DNA of 58,902 nt from a virus (lineage: Duplodnaviria; Caudoviricetes), in IMG/VR virus record IMGVR_UViG_3300005096_000055, positions 1 to 58,902 of that record, one strand, 5' to 3'. Shown piece by piece: positions 1 through 9,204 of the stretch; the stretch's first letter is position 1; each line of letters opens with the position of its first letter. The position numbers and the translations under genes are program-made. The notes under the pieces were generated by a model. The model had not been told where the DNA came from and made no database searches. It saw only the letters and a program-made list of their open reading frames with translations.

Positions 1-91
1 ATCTTGCCTGACTGTACGGCTGATGCGAGCTCGCCTGCCACATTCACCGGGAATTTGCAGGTGATCTTGGCGGAGTGGCCCTTCTTGTCTG
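1..91. repeat. Terminal direct repeat (assembly circularisation overlap), copy 1
   Basis: 1-91 identical to 58812-58902; a minus-strand ORF reads through the junction. Confidence 0.95.
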
Positions 92-179
92 AGGCCTGGG
101 TGTAGAACATGCTCTTGCTGTATCCGGTTGGGGCGGTCGTTTCCCACCGAGAGGCAGCTTTGTCCTGTGCAGTTGTCAT
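1..179 (-). CDS. 5' part of ribbon-helix-helix DNA-binding protein spanning the circular junction
   Basis: ATG at 179 after GAAGGGG RBS; MTTAQDKAASRWE...KITCKFPVNVAGELAS is in frame with ORF 58472-58858. Confidence 0.75.
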   Translation of the reverse strand, partial: MTTAQDKAASRWETTAPTGYSKSMFYTQASDKKGHSAKITCKFPVNVAGELASAVQSGK

Positions 180-383
180 CGATTCCCCTTCGCGTTTGGA
201 CTACGTATTCAACCACCTTCGCGTGCCTACCACAACCACCTTCGCACCCCACCACCAATCGCAGGTTATCGTCCACACACATCCATGATCCGTAGACCAA
301 AACCCGCATATATCTTCACCACAATTTCCCGCTTGGCTGGATATCATATATCCAGGCATTGGGGTGACCTATGGTATTGGGGT

Positions 384-453
384 TGATATCAGTACATCGG
401 GGAAGTGGTCCACACTGTTTTTGGTAGGTACCACTTCCCGGATGTTGATATCA
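384..453. repeat. Imperfect inverted repeat flanked by TGATATCA palindromes (operator/origin candidate)
   Basis: tgatatca-gtacatcggggaagtggt...accacttcccggatgt-tgatatca in the gap between divergent genes. Confidence 0.5.
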
Positions 454-555
454 GATATCCAGGAAAGGGTGCTAAGGTAGTAGTAGCGTAGGTGCACGCG
501 GGTTCGACGCCCGAACTCATTCTACAGTGTTCTGTCAAGGTGTCAAGGAGGCATT

Positions 556-870
556 ATGGAAGGCTACGAGGGGATCCCAGGGTTCGTGATCGAGGGTGAT
601 GACGGCAAGGTCATCGTTGGGAACCCCGGTCAGCAAGCAGGCGGCCGGCGCGTGTATAGGGATGGTACGCAGCAGGATCGAAGTGAAGTGAAGAGGAAGG
701 GTGGAACGCATGACTATCTCTTGCGAGCCCCCAAGGGTCTTTGGGTTGCTTTCAAGCGGAAGTGCGACAACGAGGGCCTGACGATACGAGGGGCGCTGCT
801 GTTCCTTGTCAAGGACTGGACCATGGGCAAGATCGAGATTGAGGACCTTGAAACCCGTATGAACCTGTGA
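556..870 (+). CDS. Hypothetical protein
   Basis: 104 aa, AAGGAGG RBS, followed by a hairpin. Confidence 0.7.
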   Translation: MEGYEGIPGFVIEGDDGKVIVGNPGQQAGGRRVYRDGTQQDRSEVKRKGGTHDYLLRAPKGLWVAFKRKCDNEGLTIRGALLFLVKDWTMGKIEIEDLETRMNL

Positions 871-943
871 GAAGGTGGTAGCGGCGGAAAGGGAGTTCCC
901 GGTAAGAGGTTCGGTCGGTTGCGGCACCGGACCCACGGCGCGA

Positions 944-989
944 AGAAACCCCCGAGCTCGCGTAAGTGATGCGTAGCTCGGGGGTTTCG
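944..989. terminator. Hairpin between convergent genes, probable terminator
   Basis: gaaacccccgagct...agctcgggggtttc. Confidence 0.65.
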
Positions 990-1005
990 TATTGGGTGTT
1001 GCTGC

Positions 1006-1248
1006 CTACAGCATCTTCGGCCGATGCCTGATGGCCCACTTTCGAATCGTCTTCCAGTACCAGAGCGGCTGTGGTCGGCCACCTGGCATGTCTAGGTCGG
1101 GTGGAGGGAACCTGGACGATTCACGCTTCCTCCACGAATGTACGGTGTTGAGCTGAACGCCGAAGTACTCAGCGATCATTGGCATGTTCAGTACGTCTGA
1201 GTCCTTGTACTTGGACTTCGAGGGGTTGATGCCAGGTATCACAGGCAT
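1006..1248 (-). CDS. AlpA/excisionase-like winged-HTH protein
   Basis: LNMPMIAEYFGVQLNTVHSWRKR..FPPPD..PLWYWKTIRKW; start taken at MPVIPG. Confidence 0.7.
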   Translation of the reverse strand: MPVIPGINPSKSKYKDSDVLNMPMIAEYFGVQLNTVHSWRKRESSRFPPPDLDMPGGRPQPLWYWKTIRKWAIRHRPKML

Positions 1249-1472
1249 ATGCGCCTCTCGAAGTTTGCCCACACGTTGTCGAGCCACCACTGTCTTTGGG
1301 TGACCATCACTCCGTGCTCGAGCGACCTCTCCCATTGGATCTCCCAATAGTCGAAGCCCTGCCCAAGGCTCTCGAGGTACTCGTCACGCTCCCAATCGTG
1401 GATCTGGCCTTCGAACATCTTCTCGACCATCTTCTCGATGACGGCTTCCTCGTTTGCGTCTCGTTCGCTCAT
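1239..1472 (-). CDS. Hypothetical protein
   Basis: 77 aa with AGAAAGGGGTGAG RBS. Confidence 0.7.
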   Translation of the reverse strand: MSERDANEEAVIEKMVEKMFEGQIHDWERDEYLESLGQGFDYWEIQWERSLEHGVMVTQRQWWLDNVWANFERRICL

Positions 1473-1655
1473 TTCTCACCCCTTTCTGGTTACGAATCAC
1501 ACCTTTGTAATTCTTGGACTAGTAATACACACACGGATGTGGTTGAATCCACAGTGAGCATGTGATTACCCCTTCATGTTCGGTCGGATCGAGTGGGGGA
1601 GCCATTGAGGGTGCGATGAACCTCTGGCTCCCCCCTCGACTCTTCTCGACTCTCC

Positions 1656-1880
1656 TCAGTCGTTGATGACGAATCCGATCAATCGAACCTCCTCATCACC
1701 TTCGATGTTCGGGATCGAGTCTGCTATGAGCTCCTCGATCTTGGGGAACGGGTCCGTGCAACTCCCGGCTGCTGAATACAGCTTGTTCGACCACCTCTTG
1801 GGTATCTCGAACTCGAGGTGCAACACGGACACGCTTGGGAAGTCTGGCTTCCCTTTCGTTGGTGGCAAGAGCCCACTCAA
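1656..1880 (-). CDS. Hypothetical protein
   Basis: 4-nt overlap with upstream ORF. Confidence 0.6.
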   Translation of the reverse strand: MSGLLPPTKGKPDFPSVSVLHLEFEIPKRWSNKLYSAAGSCTDPFPKIEELIADSIPNIEGDEEVRLIGFVIND

Positions 1881-2101
1881 AGAAGACCCTCACGGATCTC
1901 GTTATCTGCGAGCTTGTCAGTATCGATTGGCGGAAGCCTCAGTGCTATTGCACCAAGGAACCGCGCAACCATTGCTGCTTCTATGAGGTTGTCAGCTTCA
2001 TAGACGCCCAACGTAGGCCCGTCAACATTGATCTCATATGAGGTTTTATCCTCGTCTGATACCGAGTCAACGATGACGCTTATCACGTACTTCGTTGCCA
2101 T
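1877..2101 (-). CDS. Hypothetical protein
   Basis: AAAGGGGTGAG RBS before MATKYV. Confidence 0.7.
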   Translation of the reverse strand: MATKYVISVIVDSVSDEDKTSYEINVDGPTLGVYEADNLIEAAMVARFLGAIALRLPPIDTDKLADNEIREGLL

Positions 2102-2263
2102 TCTCACCCCTTTCACGTACGGTATCTCCGCACTCTTGGAGGATCATCGGACTGTTGTGTTGTCAATCAGCCTGTTACCAGACCCAACTTGTTGTAGTTG
2201 GTTCCGATGATCCCCCAAGGCTACGGAGAACGTAGCCCGTGGATTTGTGGTCCACTGTTGTTG

Positions 2264-2659
2264 TCAGCCTTCCCACCCGATTCGGTGGACTACACGGTCG
2301 TTGAGGTAGACCTTCGTCTTGTCAAGGTACCTTGAGAGAGCTTCGTTCACCTCATCTTGGGTGAAGTCAGCATTGCCGTCCTTCCACAACACGAAGACGT
2401 TTGCACCTTGGTGCGGTTGGACGGTGACACTCTCGACCTCAGTTCCAACCATCTTGATGTCGATGGTTGCCTTCAACGTCCATTCACTCGGCGCTTCTTC
2501 GGGACTTCGGATCTCGAGCCCAACGTCAGTGATGACCTGAGCTACTTCCTCTATGGTCCCTGCATCCCACTCGATCCCGTCAAGGATTCCGTGGATGCGC
2601 TCGATGGCTCTTGCATAGTCCAAGGCGGATCCCAAGGACGTATCTTCTGCTTCTGCCAT
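2264..2659 (-). CDS. Hypothetical protein
   Basis: AAAGGGGTAAG RBS before MAEAED. Confidence 0.75.
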   Translation of the reverse strand: MAEAEDTSLGSALDYARAIERIHGILDGIEWDAGTIEEVAQVITDVGLEIRSPEEAPSEWTLKATIDIKMVGTEVESVTVQPHQGANVFVLWKDGNADFTQDEVNEALSRYLDKTKVYLNDRVVHRIGWEG

Positions 2660-2758
2660 TTGCTTACCCCTTTCGTTCTGGTAACGCTTGTCGCTACCCC
2701 ACAACAAACCTACCCGAATGGATAGGTTTGTTGGTGGCTAGGTACAAGCTCTCGCTCG

Positions 2759-2968
2759 TTACAGGTGCAGCACCTTCCCTGCAACCTTCTTGCCGATCAC
2801 GATGAACTCGCTTTCGGGTCCAGGTGGCATTGGAGATGCGTACCCGCAATCGTCGCACTGGAGTTTCTCGATCCTCTCGATGGCGCCGAAGGCCGTCAGA
2901 ACCACGAGCTCACTGAGGAACCCAAGTTCTTCTGCCTTGGCGTAATCGATCGTGTAGAGATCATTCAT
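2759..2968 (-). CDS. Hypothetical protein
   Basis: 69 aa, overlaps upstream ORF end. Confidence 0.6.
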   Translation of the reverse strand: MNDLYTIDYAKAEELGFLSELVVLTAFGAIERIEKLQCDDCGYASPMPPGPESEFIVIGKKVAGKVLHL

Positions 2969-3293
2969 GGGCGTTCGCTATTACTTCGAGTATCGAAGCG
3001 TTGCAGCGAAGCTCGCCGTCTTTGGCGTAGGTTCGTGCTCGCGCTCGGTACTCTGGATCGAGCATCACCACGAACTTCGAACGCTCTTTGCCCACGATGA
3101 CACCCTGCATTCCTACAAGGTACTTCGGGCGGACGTTTGCGAGTCGCACGATCGTGCCTGGCTTGAGGGAAAGCGCTAGTCGGTCCGTGAGGACCCCCTG
3201 TCGCTTCTTCAGTGCCGTGTAGATCGTGTCGAAGTCATCGTCAACCGCTCCGTTGATGATGGCATCGTAGACCTGCTGTGCATTTGCACTCAT
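2961..3293 (-). CDS. Hypothetical protein, possible KOW/SH3-like fold
   Basis: LKPGTIVRL..RPKYLVGMQGVIVG..FVVML; conserved RBS. Confidence 0.7.
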   Translation of the reverse strand: MSANAQQVYDAIINGAVDDDFDTIYTALKKRQGVLTDRLALSLKPGTIVRLANVRPKYLVGMQGVIVGKERSKFVVMLDPEYRARARTYAKDGELRCNASILEVIANAHE

Positions 3294-3384
3294 TTGCTTA
3301 CCCCTTTCTGGTAGCTCGTTGCTACCCCACGACTCTCGAGGGGTTCTCGAGAGTCGGTGGCTAGTTACGAGCCTGTTTGGCTAG

Positions 3385-3678
3385 TTACGAGCGGCCTGTT
3401 GGAACCGCCGGCGAGATGATCCGAGCCTTCCACCTCTTGTGGCGGAACTCAGCTACCTCTTGCATGGATGGTTCGTTGATGCTCCAGGACAACTGCGCCC
3501 TTTCGGTATCTCCGTTGAGCTCGATGCCACATGATGGGCACCGTGCCCATGCATAGAAGCCTTCGGAGATCTCAAGTTCATATTCGCCAGGTGCCACCAT
3601 ATGGGTGGTGCCTTCTACGAAGCTGTACTCGTAGCAGTTCTCGCAGATCTGGTACATGCCTTGGATTCCCTTAGGCAT
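3385..3678 (-). CDS. Zn-ribbon protein
   Basis: CENC...CPSCG; start taken at MPKGIQ. Confidence 0.65.
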   Translation of the reverse strand: MPKGIQGMYQICENCYEYSFVEGTTHMVAPGEYELEISEGFYAWARCPSCGIELNGDTERAQLSWSINEPSMQEVAEFRHKRWKARIISPAVPTGRS

Positions 3679-3925
3679 TGTCAAGCCAATCGAGCCAGCT
3701 CTGGAAGAACTTTTCGACTGCCTCGATTGCCATGTCCTCTCGCACCTTGTCGCGACCCCACGAGTACTCTCCCGTGTCTTCGCGGTCAGGTTGCCAGATG
3801 TTTTCGTCAGTCTCGACGAACATCCACGGCGCTTCTGAGAAGTCCACCTGTGGTTCATCGACGAGTTCTCCAGTTTCCGTGTCGATCGACACGGCTACCG
3901 GTAGGTACACGACTACTTTCGCCAT
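3671..3925 (-). CDS. Hypothetical acidic protein
   Basis: Conserved RBS before MAKVVV. Confidence 0.75.
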   Translation of the reverse strand: MAKVVVYLPVAVSIDTETGELVDEPQVDFSEAPWMFVETDENIWQPDREDTGEYSWGRDKVREDMAIEAVEKFFQSWLDWLDNA

Positions 3926-3990
3926 GTTGCTTACCCCTTTTCTAGTAGCTGTCGCTACTCCCCGAGGTTCTGTGGAACCCCGAGGGCTAG

Positions 3991-4191
3991 TTACAGCTCT
4001 GCGAGCAGCTCGTGATACATGTCGAGAGCACACGCTGCGCAAAGGCGCATGGTTCGAGCCGTGTAGCCTTCACCTGCTTTTGCAGTCAGCTTCATCCTTG
4101 CATAGCCTTTGGGACATCCATCGCAATGGTTGTCACCGGTAGGCCATACCCTGGGGACTCCATGAGAGTTGTAATCAACCTCAACGCTCAT
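3991..4191 (-). CDS. Small Zn-finger protein
   Basis: CDGC...CAAC. Confidence 0.65.
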   Translation of the reverse strand: MSVEVDYNSHGVPRVWPTGDNHCDGCPKGYARMKLTAKAGEGYTARTMRLCAACALDMYHELLAEL

Positions 4192-4787
4192 TCGCTGCTC
4201 CCCCTCTCATGTATCCACACAGCCGCCTGGAAGTCCCTAGGAGCCATTTCGAACAGCTCTGCAACCTCTCGGTAGCAACTTGCCACCATGGCGTACACAC
4301 CGACCCTCTGGAGGTCGTGAATATCCGCCCAGCGCTTCCCAGTAGCCGCCCGCAACGCCCAGCGGTCTATCACGACTGCATTGGGGTTGCCGGCGATCGC
4401 CCTGTAGAACTCTCGTATCTTGTGCGAGGGCCCGTCGGGCTCAGGAAAGGTGGAGATGATCGAGCCACCTGCAAGGATCCTCTTGACTCGTGCAACGGCA
4501 TGCGAGAACCCTCGAGGGTTTCCAGCAAGTGCCATTTCGGCCATTCGGATGTTGTTAGACCATGATTGGTTTGGACTCATTGCAGCAATCACGCCTGCGG
4601 CTTGATGCTTTGTGACTCCGTACTTTCGCGCCAACCTTCTTGCAAGGTTCTCGGCTCCGGTGTACCAACCCATCCCTGCAATCACCTCGTAGGTTGTCAA
4701 GGAGTTCCCGATATTGGTCAGGTTCTCAATGATCCTTGAGCGATGCTCGGGAAGGTTGTGGACACCTCTTGGTATCGTCGCCTTCAT
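4188..4787 (-). CDS. Phage protein with HhH-glycosylase-like motifs (DUF7178-like)
   Basis: GWY..AAGVIAAMSPNQSW..KIREFYRAI..VVIDRW..FQAAVW; family from recall. Confidence 0.55.
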   Translation of the reverse strand: MKATIPRGVHNLPEHRSRIIENLTNIGNSLTTYEVIAGMGWYTGAENLARRLARKYGVTKHQAAGVIAAMSPNQSWSNNIRMAEMALAGNPRGFSHAVARVKRILAGGSIISTFPEPDGPSHKIREFYRAIAGNPNAVVIDRWALRAATGKRWADIHDLQRVGVYAMVASCYREVAELFEMAPRDFQAAVWIHERGSSE

Positions 4788-4865
4788 TCTTACCCCTTTT
4801 CTGATGTCCTCGTAGACACCGCCCACCCTTGGAGCTTCCCCCAAGGGTGATCGCTGGTTACCAGC

Positions 4866-5459
4866 TCATACGTGGCAGTCGAGGCTAACCACGATTGCAT
4901 CAGGCCGAGCTACGCGAAGGTCATTCCATGCCTTCTCGTAACCCTCTGCTTTGTCCTCCTCGGTCTTGCCGTCCTCATCAGGAATTGAGGAACCGAACCA
5001 ACCCATGCGGGCTCGTTCGATCCATTCTCCGTCTGGGTTGACGAATGCAGTCATCGTGTAGTCGCTATGGACTTCTGATAACCGACAGCGGTTTCGCCCA
5101 AGTGACGTGTAGCGATCATCTGAAGGCCACACGGAACTCTCACCAGTCCCATCACAGCCATTGCAGCCGTTGCAACCGTCGTACCAGGCTTGCCCGAACT
5201 CCTCGAGTCCTCGTGGACGTTCGCCGGTACCGTTGCAAATGCGACAGAGCTCCTTGAGATCGAGCCAATCCAGCCCGCGGATACTGCCATCCCATCTGCC
5301 TCCAACAACCCACCAATCCCATCGCGAACCTTCGCTGAACGCTTCATCGTTCTCGTCGAAGGGCGCCATCAGTCTGGTGACCTCTTCCAGGACATCCTTC
5401 TTCTGTGAGAGATTGTCGAACCTCTCTGGTAGCACAACGGCTACCTTGAAGTGTGTCAT
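4866..5459 (-). CDS. Phage protein with DnaJ-type Zn-finger motifs
   Basis: RWDWWVVGGRW; CRICNGTG and CNGCDGTG. Confidence 0.7.
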   Translation of the reverse strand: MTHFKVAVVLPERFDNLSQKKDVLEEVTRLMAPFDENDEAFSEGSRWDWWVVGGRWDGSIRGLDWLDLKELCRICNGTGERPRGLEEFGQAWYDGCNGCNGCDGTGESSVWPSDDRYTSLGRNRCRLSEVHSDYTMTAFVNPDGEWIERARMGWFGSSIPDEDGKTEEDKAEGYEKAWNDLRVARPDAIVVSLDCHV

Positions 5460-5526
5460 GTCTCTTACCCCTTTCTCGTGTGGTCCATCCACACTCCGCG
5501 AAGTTCCTTGGAACTCCACGGGCTGT

Positions 5527-5709
5527 TTACGAACCTTTGCTCCTGCGTTCCTTGAGGATCTCCTTGGCTATCTCGAGCCTCTCTTCATCCTCTTTGGCGT
5601 TCAGCCACGGCAACGTCTCAAGCGCTTTCACCATGTTGGAAAGCTCCCAGCTCGGCCGGCGACTCCACATCTTCTTGTGATAGTCGCGCGACATTGACTG
5701 AGCTACCAT
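5527..5709 (-). CDS. Hypothetical protein
   Basis: Fills gap; stop overlaps repeat element. Confidence 0.6.
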   Translation of the reverse strand: MVAQSMSRDYHKKMWSRRPSWELSNMVKALETLPWLNAKEDEERLEIAKEILKERRSKGS

Positions 5710-6008
5710 GAGGTATCGGCCATCCGATACGACTGGTGTATGTCGTCGTAGAGCCGTCGTGCATCAGACCATGCATATTCACCGTAGAAGGTCTTGACCC
5801 TCTTTGCGGACTTCTGCGAGATCAGATGGGTTGCATAGACCCTGTGCATTCCATCGGTGTATTCGTAACCACCAACGGTGTCGCGCATGTCGGCCACTTC
5901 ATGTACGAGCTCGATTGCATGATCCTCTGTGTCGCCTCCGACCCAGAACACCATGCTCTTAACCACTCGCCATGAACCAACCTTCGCATATCTCTGCGAT
6001 GCTCTCAT
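5703..6008 (-). CDS. Hypothetical protein
   Basis: Conserved RBS. Confidence 0.75.
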   Translation of the reverse strand: MRASQRYAKVGSWRVVKSMVFWVGGDTEDHAIELVHEVADMRDTVGGYEYTDGMHRVYATHLISQKSAKRVKTFYGEYAWSDARRLYDDIHQSYRMADTSW

Positions 6009-6103
6009 GTTCTCTTACCCCTTTCTTGGTACCTTGTCAGTACCCCACCACCTTCGACCTGAGTGCGTCGAAAGTGGGTGGCTAGTGACAAGCTAGTTCG
6101 TGC

Positions 6104-6652
6104 CTAGTTCGTGATTGGGCGGTCCTTGATTTGATTCCGCGGATCATCGAGGCTCCTGAAGAACTCCTCGATGGGTTCTGCATAGGCGCTGTTGGTGATC
6201 GCCAGCTTCCTTTCGTACTCCACTTCGGCTTCATTGAGTTCCCGGAAGGCTCTTCCGGTTCCACCAGGATCGTACCTAGACGTGAACCTCCGCACCTTCG
6301 GGAGCCCCTGTACGTCCCTCTCGGTGCGATTGACAACGTAGAACCCGTTATCGCCTGGGTCGGTTCGCACCAACTGCAGCGATACCTCGAGGTTGTGTTT
6401 GTCCATCACGCCTAGTGGGACGTTCACGATTCCAACCGAGAGTGTTTCGAACCTCTCGCGGCCATCGAAGAACTCACAGACGATTTGCGCGAACCTCGAA
6501 GCTTCGTACTCCTGGTCGGCGCGAACCTTCCGCCTATCCAGCTCCTTCAGGAAGGCATAGACCGATTCCGGTCCCCCATTCCAGTGAAGGTATATGGCTG
6601 GTGAGAACCTCATCTCGCCATTTGTGAAGATCACGTTGGCTCGATTTCCCAT
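6104..6652 (-). CDS. Hypothetical phage protein
   Basis: MGNRANVIF..IYLHWNGGPES; conserved RBS. Confidence 0.8.
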   Translation of the reverse strand: MGNRANVIFTNGEMRFSPAIYLHWNGGPESVYAFLKELDRRKVRADQEYEASRFAQIVCEFFDGRERFETLSVGIVNVPLGVMDKHNLEVSLQLVRTDPGDNGFYVVNRTERDVQGLPKVRRFTSRYDPGGTGRAFRELNEAEVEYERKLAITNSAYAEPIEEFFRSLDDPRNQIKDRPITN

Positions 6653-6741
6653 TTGCTTACCCCTTTCCGTAGGTGTCCATCACCTACACGCCCTTGCAGG
6701 AACTACACAGCTCCTGCAAGGTCGTCTAGTTGTCGAACGGT

Positions 6742-7566
6742 TCAGAACAGCTTCATGTGAAGCCGGCCGAACTTGACGAGACCCTCGAGGGTTTCCACAA
6801 CACCTTTGACAGTGTTCGGGTTTTCAAAACCACCTTCGCTCTTGACGGTGATCACGGAACCTTCATCGTCCTCATCGGAACCATCGTAGATCCCAATCAT
6901 GGCTCCCTCAAAGTCTGTGAGCCACACGTATAGGTCCTCGTAGCCGTAGCCTTCCTGCCTGTTGAAGTGAACGGCTAGGGCTTGCAGCCCACCACCTAGC
7001 TCTTCAACGAAGGTCTTCGTGTTCACAGGTAGCTTCCCTCGAGCCCTCGACTCTTCAATGGCTTTCGCCAACTCGCCGAAGTGCTTTGAGCGATGGCTAC
7101 GCGCAAGTTCACGACCCTTTGCATCGCGTTCCTCCCTTGCAACTTTCTCCACTGCTAGATGGAGGTTGAAGGGATCCTCGCCAACTTCAAGGGCGATTCT
7201 CGCAGCCCATTCAGTGTCGTAGTAGAAACCCATTGAGGGTTCCGTAGACAGTCCTGAGTAGGCTGTGAAGTACTTCGTGTACGCCGCTTCGCCTCTCCAG
7301 AGCGCTGCGAGTTTTCGGTAGATATGGCTGTTGCCGGACACGCGTGTTTCGCTTGTCCTATGCATTGCCGCAATCTCACCTGTGGAAAGCGGAATTGCTT
7401 CGTCGAGGTTCACGAAAGCCATGTAGGAGCTCGGATGAGCCCTATCCTCGGCCTTCTTGGAAACCTCATGGATCACTTCCACGATTGCACGACCGTCTGC
7501 AGAGAAATAGAGGGTTTTGAACCCCAAATCAGTCTGCATGTCTTTGTGCATACCTCTCGCTTTCAT
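6742..7566 (-). CDS. Hypothetical protein
   Basis: 274 aa; conserved RBS. Confidence 0.8.
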   Translation of the reverse strand: MKARGMHKDMQTDLGFKTLYFSADGRAIVEVIHEVSKKAEDRAHPSSYMAFVNLDEAIPLSTGEIAAMHRTSETRVSGNSHIYRKLAALWRGEAAYTKYFTAYSGLSTEPSMGFYYDTEWAARIALEVGEDPFNLHLAVEKVAREERDAKGRELARSHRSKHFGELAKAIEESRARGKLPVNTKTFVEELGGGLQALAVHFNRQEGYGYEDLYVWLTDFEGAMIGIYDGSDEDDEGSVITVKSEGGFENPNTVKGVVETLEGLVKFGRLHMKLF

Positions 7567-7634
7567 CTCTTACCCCTTTCCGTAGCGGTTGTCGCTACTC
7601 CACAGGGACCTCGTTTGAAGTCCCTGCGGGCTAG

Positions 7635-7844
7635 TTACAACCTGTCTCGTTTGGCCTGGCGACGTAGCTCATCTAAGTCGTCAATCCAGATGCGCTTTCG
7701 GTAACCCGTCCTGTCCGTGTAGACCTTTACGTAAAGGTCGGGATCGATCAGGAGGTTCTCGTGGATGTGTGAGCGAACTTTCTCAATTTCTGATAGCAGC
7801 TCGCTCACAGTTCCCTCGGAGCTTTCGTAAACCACTTCGTACAT
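7635..7844 (-). CDS. Hypothetical protein
   Basis: 69 aa in operon. Confidence 0.65.
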   Translation of the reverse strand: MYEVVYESSEGTVSELLSEIEKVRSHIHENLLIDPDLYVKVYTDRTGYRKRIWIDDLDELRRQAKRDRL

Positions 7845-7847
7845 GGC

Positions 7848-8102
7848 TTACACCTTCTCCGCAAACATGTTCCCGGAAGCCAGTCGCGGCTTCACATAGT
7901 CCTCGAAGGTCCAGCCGGCATCGTCGTAACCCGCTATGGTCACCACGCTCTTGCCGTCACCTTCCGTGTAGCCTCCGGTGACTATTGCATTCCTTGGTAG
8001 GTATGCTGCAACCCTCTTCTTGGAGATGCCGTTGCCGCGAACCTGCGCTATCCAGCTCGAGTTTCGCGAAGACCCATGACCCTTTGTCTGTTGGTCATTC
8101 AT
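7848..8102 (-). CDS. Hypothetical protein
   Basis: Conserved RBS. Confidence 0.75.
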   Translation of the reverse strand: MNDQQTKGHGSSRNSSWIAQVRGNGISKKRVAAYLPRNAIVTGGYTEGDGKSVVTIAGYDDAGWTFEDYVKPRLASGNMFAEKV

Positions 8103-8201
8103 CTACTTACCCCTTTCTCATCTAGTGCAGTTTGCCTACACCCCACCGGACTCGAGCGCTTTCGCCCAAGTCCGAGTGGCTGTTTGCAACCTCTCAGTCG
8201 C

Positions 8202-8762
8202 TCAGTCGATCCGTGAATGCCCGTATACCTTCACCTTGGTTTCGCCCAGCTCCTCGAGCCCTTCGCGCAAGCTCTTGGCCATTGCATAGGCTGCAGCTTC
8301 CTTTCGCGCCATGCTTTGGGAGCTTCTACCAACCGGTAGGTTGATTCGCATCCCTCCACCGTAGGTAGATGATGCACCGAGGTTCTTCTTAGCCCAATGG
8401 GCGAAAGAAGAGTTCCCAGGTCGCGTAGTCAGCCATGCGAAGCCACAGACCCCCTCAGGCACGTTCCAGCTTTGCACAACCTCGCTCGAGTCATCGAACA
8501 GGGTTGCATGTTGCTGAACCACCATTGGGGTTGGTTTCGCATCCTCGAAGGCCTTGATGCCAACCTCGGTCGCTTTCGCCCAGAGTTTGGCATAGGCTTC
8601 GTAGCGCTTTGCGCGCTTTGCGGCTTGCTCGTCGCGGTTCGCAATGAACTTGTCGCGAGCTTCTGTGGCGTGTTGGACGCAGTATTTCGACTTCGATGCA
8701 GAGTACGATGACTTTGCAGCAGTCGTACATGCTTCCCACGCGCATTGTCCGTAGGTTTCCAT
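8202..8762 (-). CDS. Hypothetical phage protein with N-terminal Cys/His finger
   Basis: CAWEAC..YCVQH; GVCGFAW; conserved RBS. Confidence 0.8.
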   Translation of the reverse strand: METYGQCAWEACTTAAKSSYSASKSKYCVQHATEARDKFIANRDEQAAKRAKRYEAYAKLWAKATEVGIKAFEDAKPTPMVVQQHATLFDDSSEVVQSWNVPEGVCGFAWLTTRPGNSSFAHWAKKNLGASSTYGGGMRINLPVGRSSQSMARKEAAAYAMAKSLREGLEELGETKVKVYGHSRID

Positions 8763-8844
8763 CGTTCTTACCCCTTCTCGTAAAGTCGTTCGACCCTACG
8801 CGTAGGTTCCCCGATCTCTCGAGGAACCCTCGCCTAGTTTCGCA

Positions 8845-9123
8845 CTAGTGGTTTCGGCCTCCGCATATGCTGCATCCAGCCTCTTTGCGGTCCTTTGTGT
8901 CTAGGTGATCCTGTAGCTCGTCGATGAGGGTTTGCACATCCTCATCAGTCAAGAGCAGGCCTTTGTAGGAACTCGTGTCGACCAGTATCAGCCGCGTAAA
9001 CTCAGCGGCAGAGGTTTCCAAGACGTTCACCCACGCTGTGGGAGAGGTTTTGGATCCCTCTAGCTGGATCGTGGTGGTTCTCAAGTGGCCTTCGAAGCTC
9101 ACTTCTACCTTCGCCATTGTCAT
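8845..9123 (-). CDS. Hypothetical protein
   Basis: GAGAAGGGGT RBS; C-terminal CSICGGRNH. Confidence 0.7.
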   Translation of the reverse strand: MTMAKVEVSFEGHLRTTTIQLEGSKTSPTAWVNVLETSAAEFTRLILVDTSSYKGLLLTDEDVQTLIDELQDHLDTKDRKEAGCSICGGRNH

Positions 9124-9204
9124 ACCCCTTCTCGCAGTCTCGTTTGAGCCTACGCGCCCTTCCATGAATCCTTGTGGACCCATGGAAGGTCGTCTAGGTT
9201 CACC

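Noticed and set aside
1-91. Biological terminal repeat
   Set aside because: Falls inside a gene; better explained as assembler overlap
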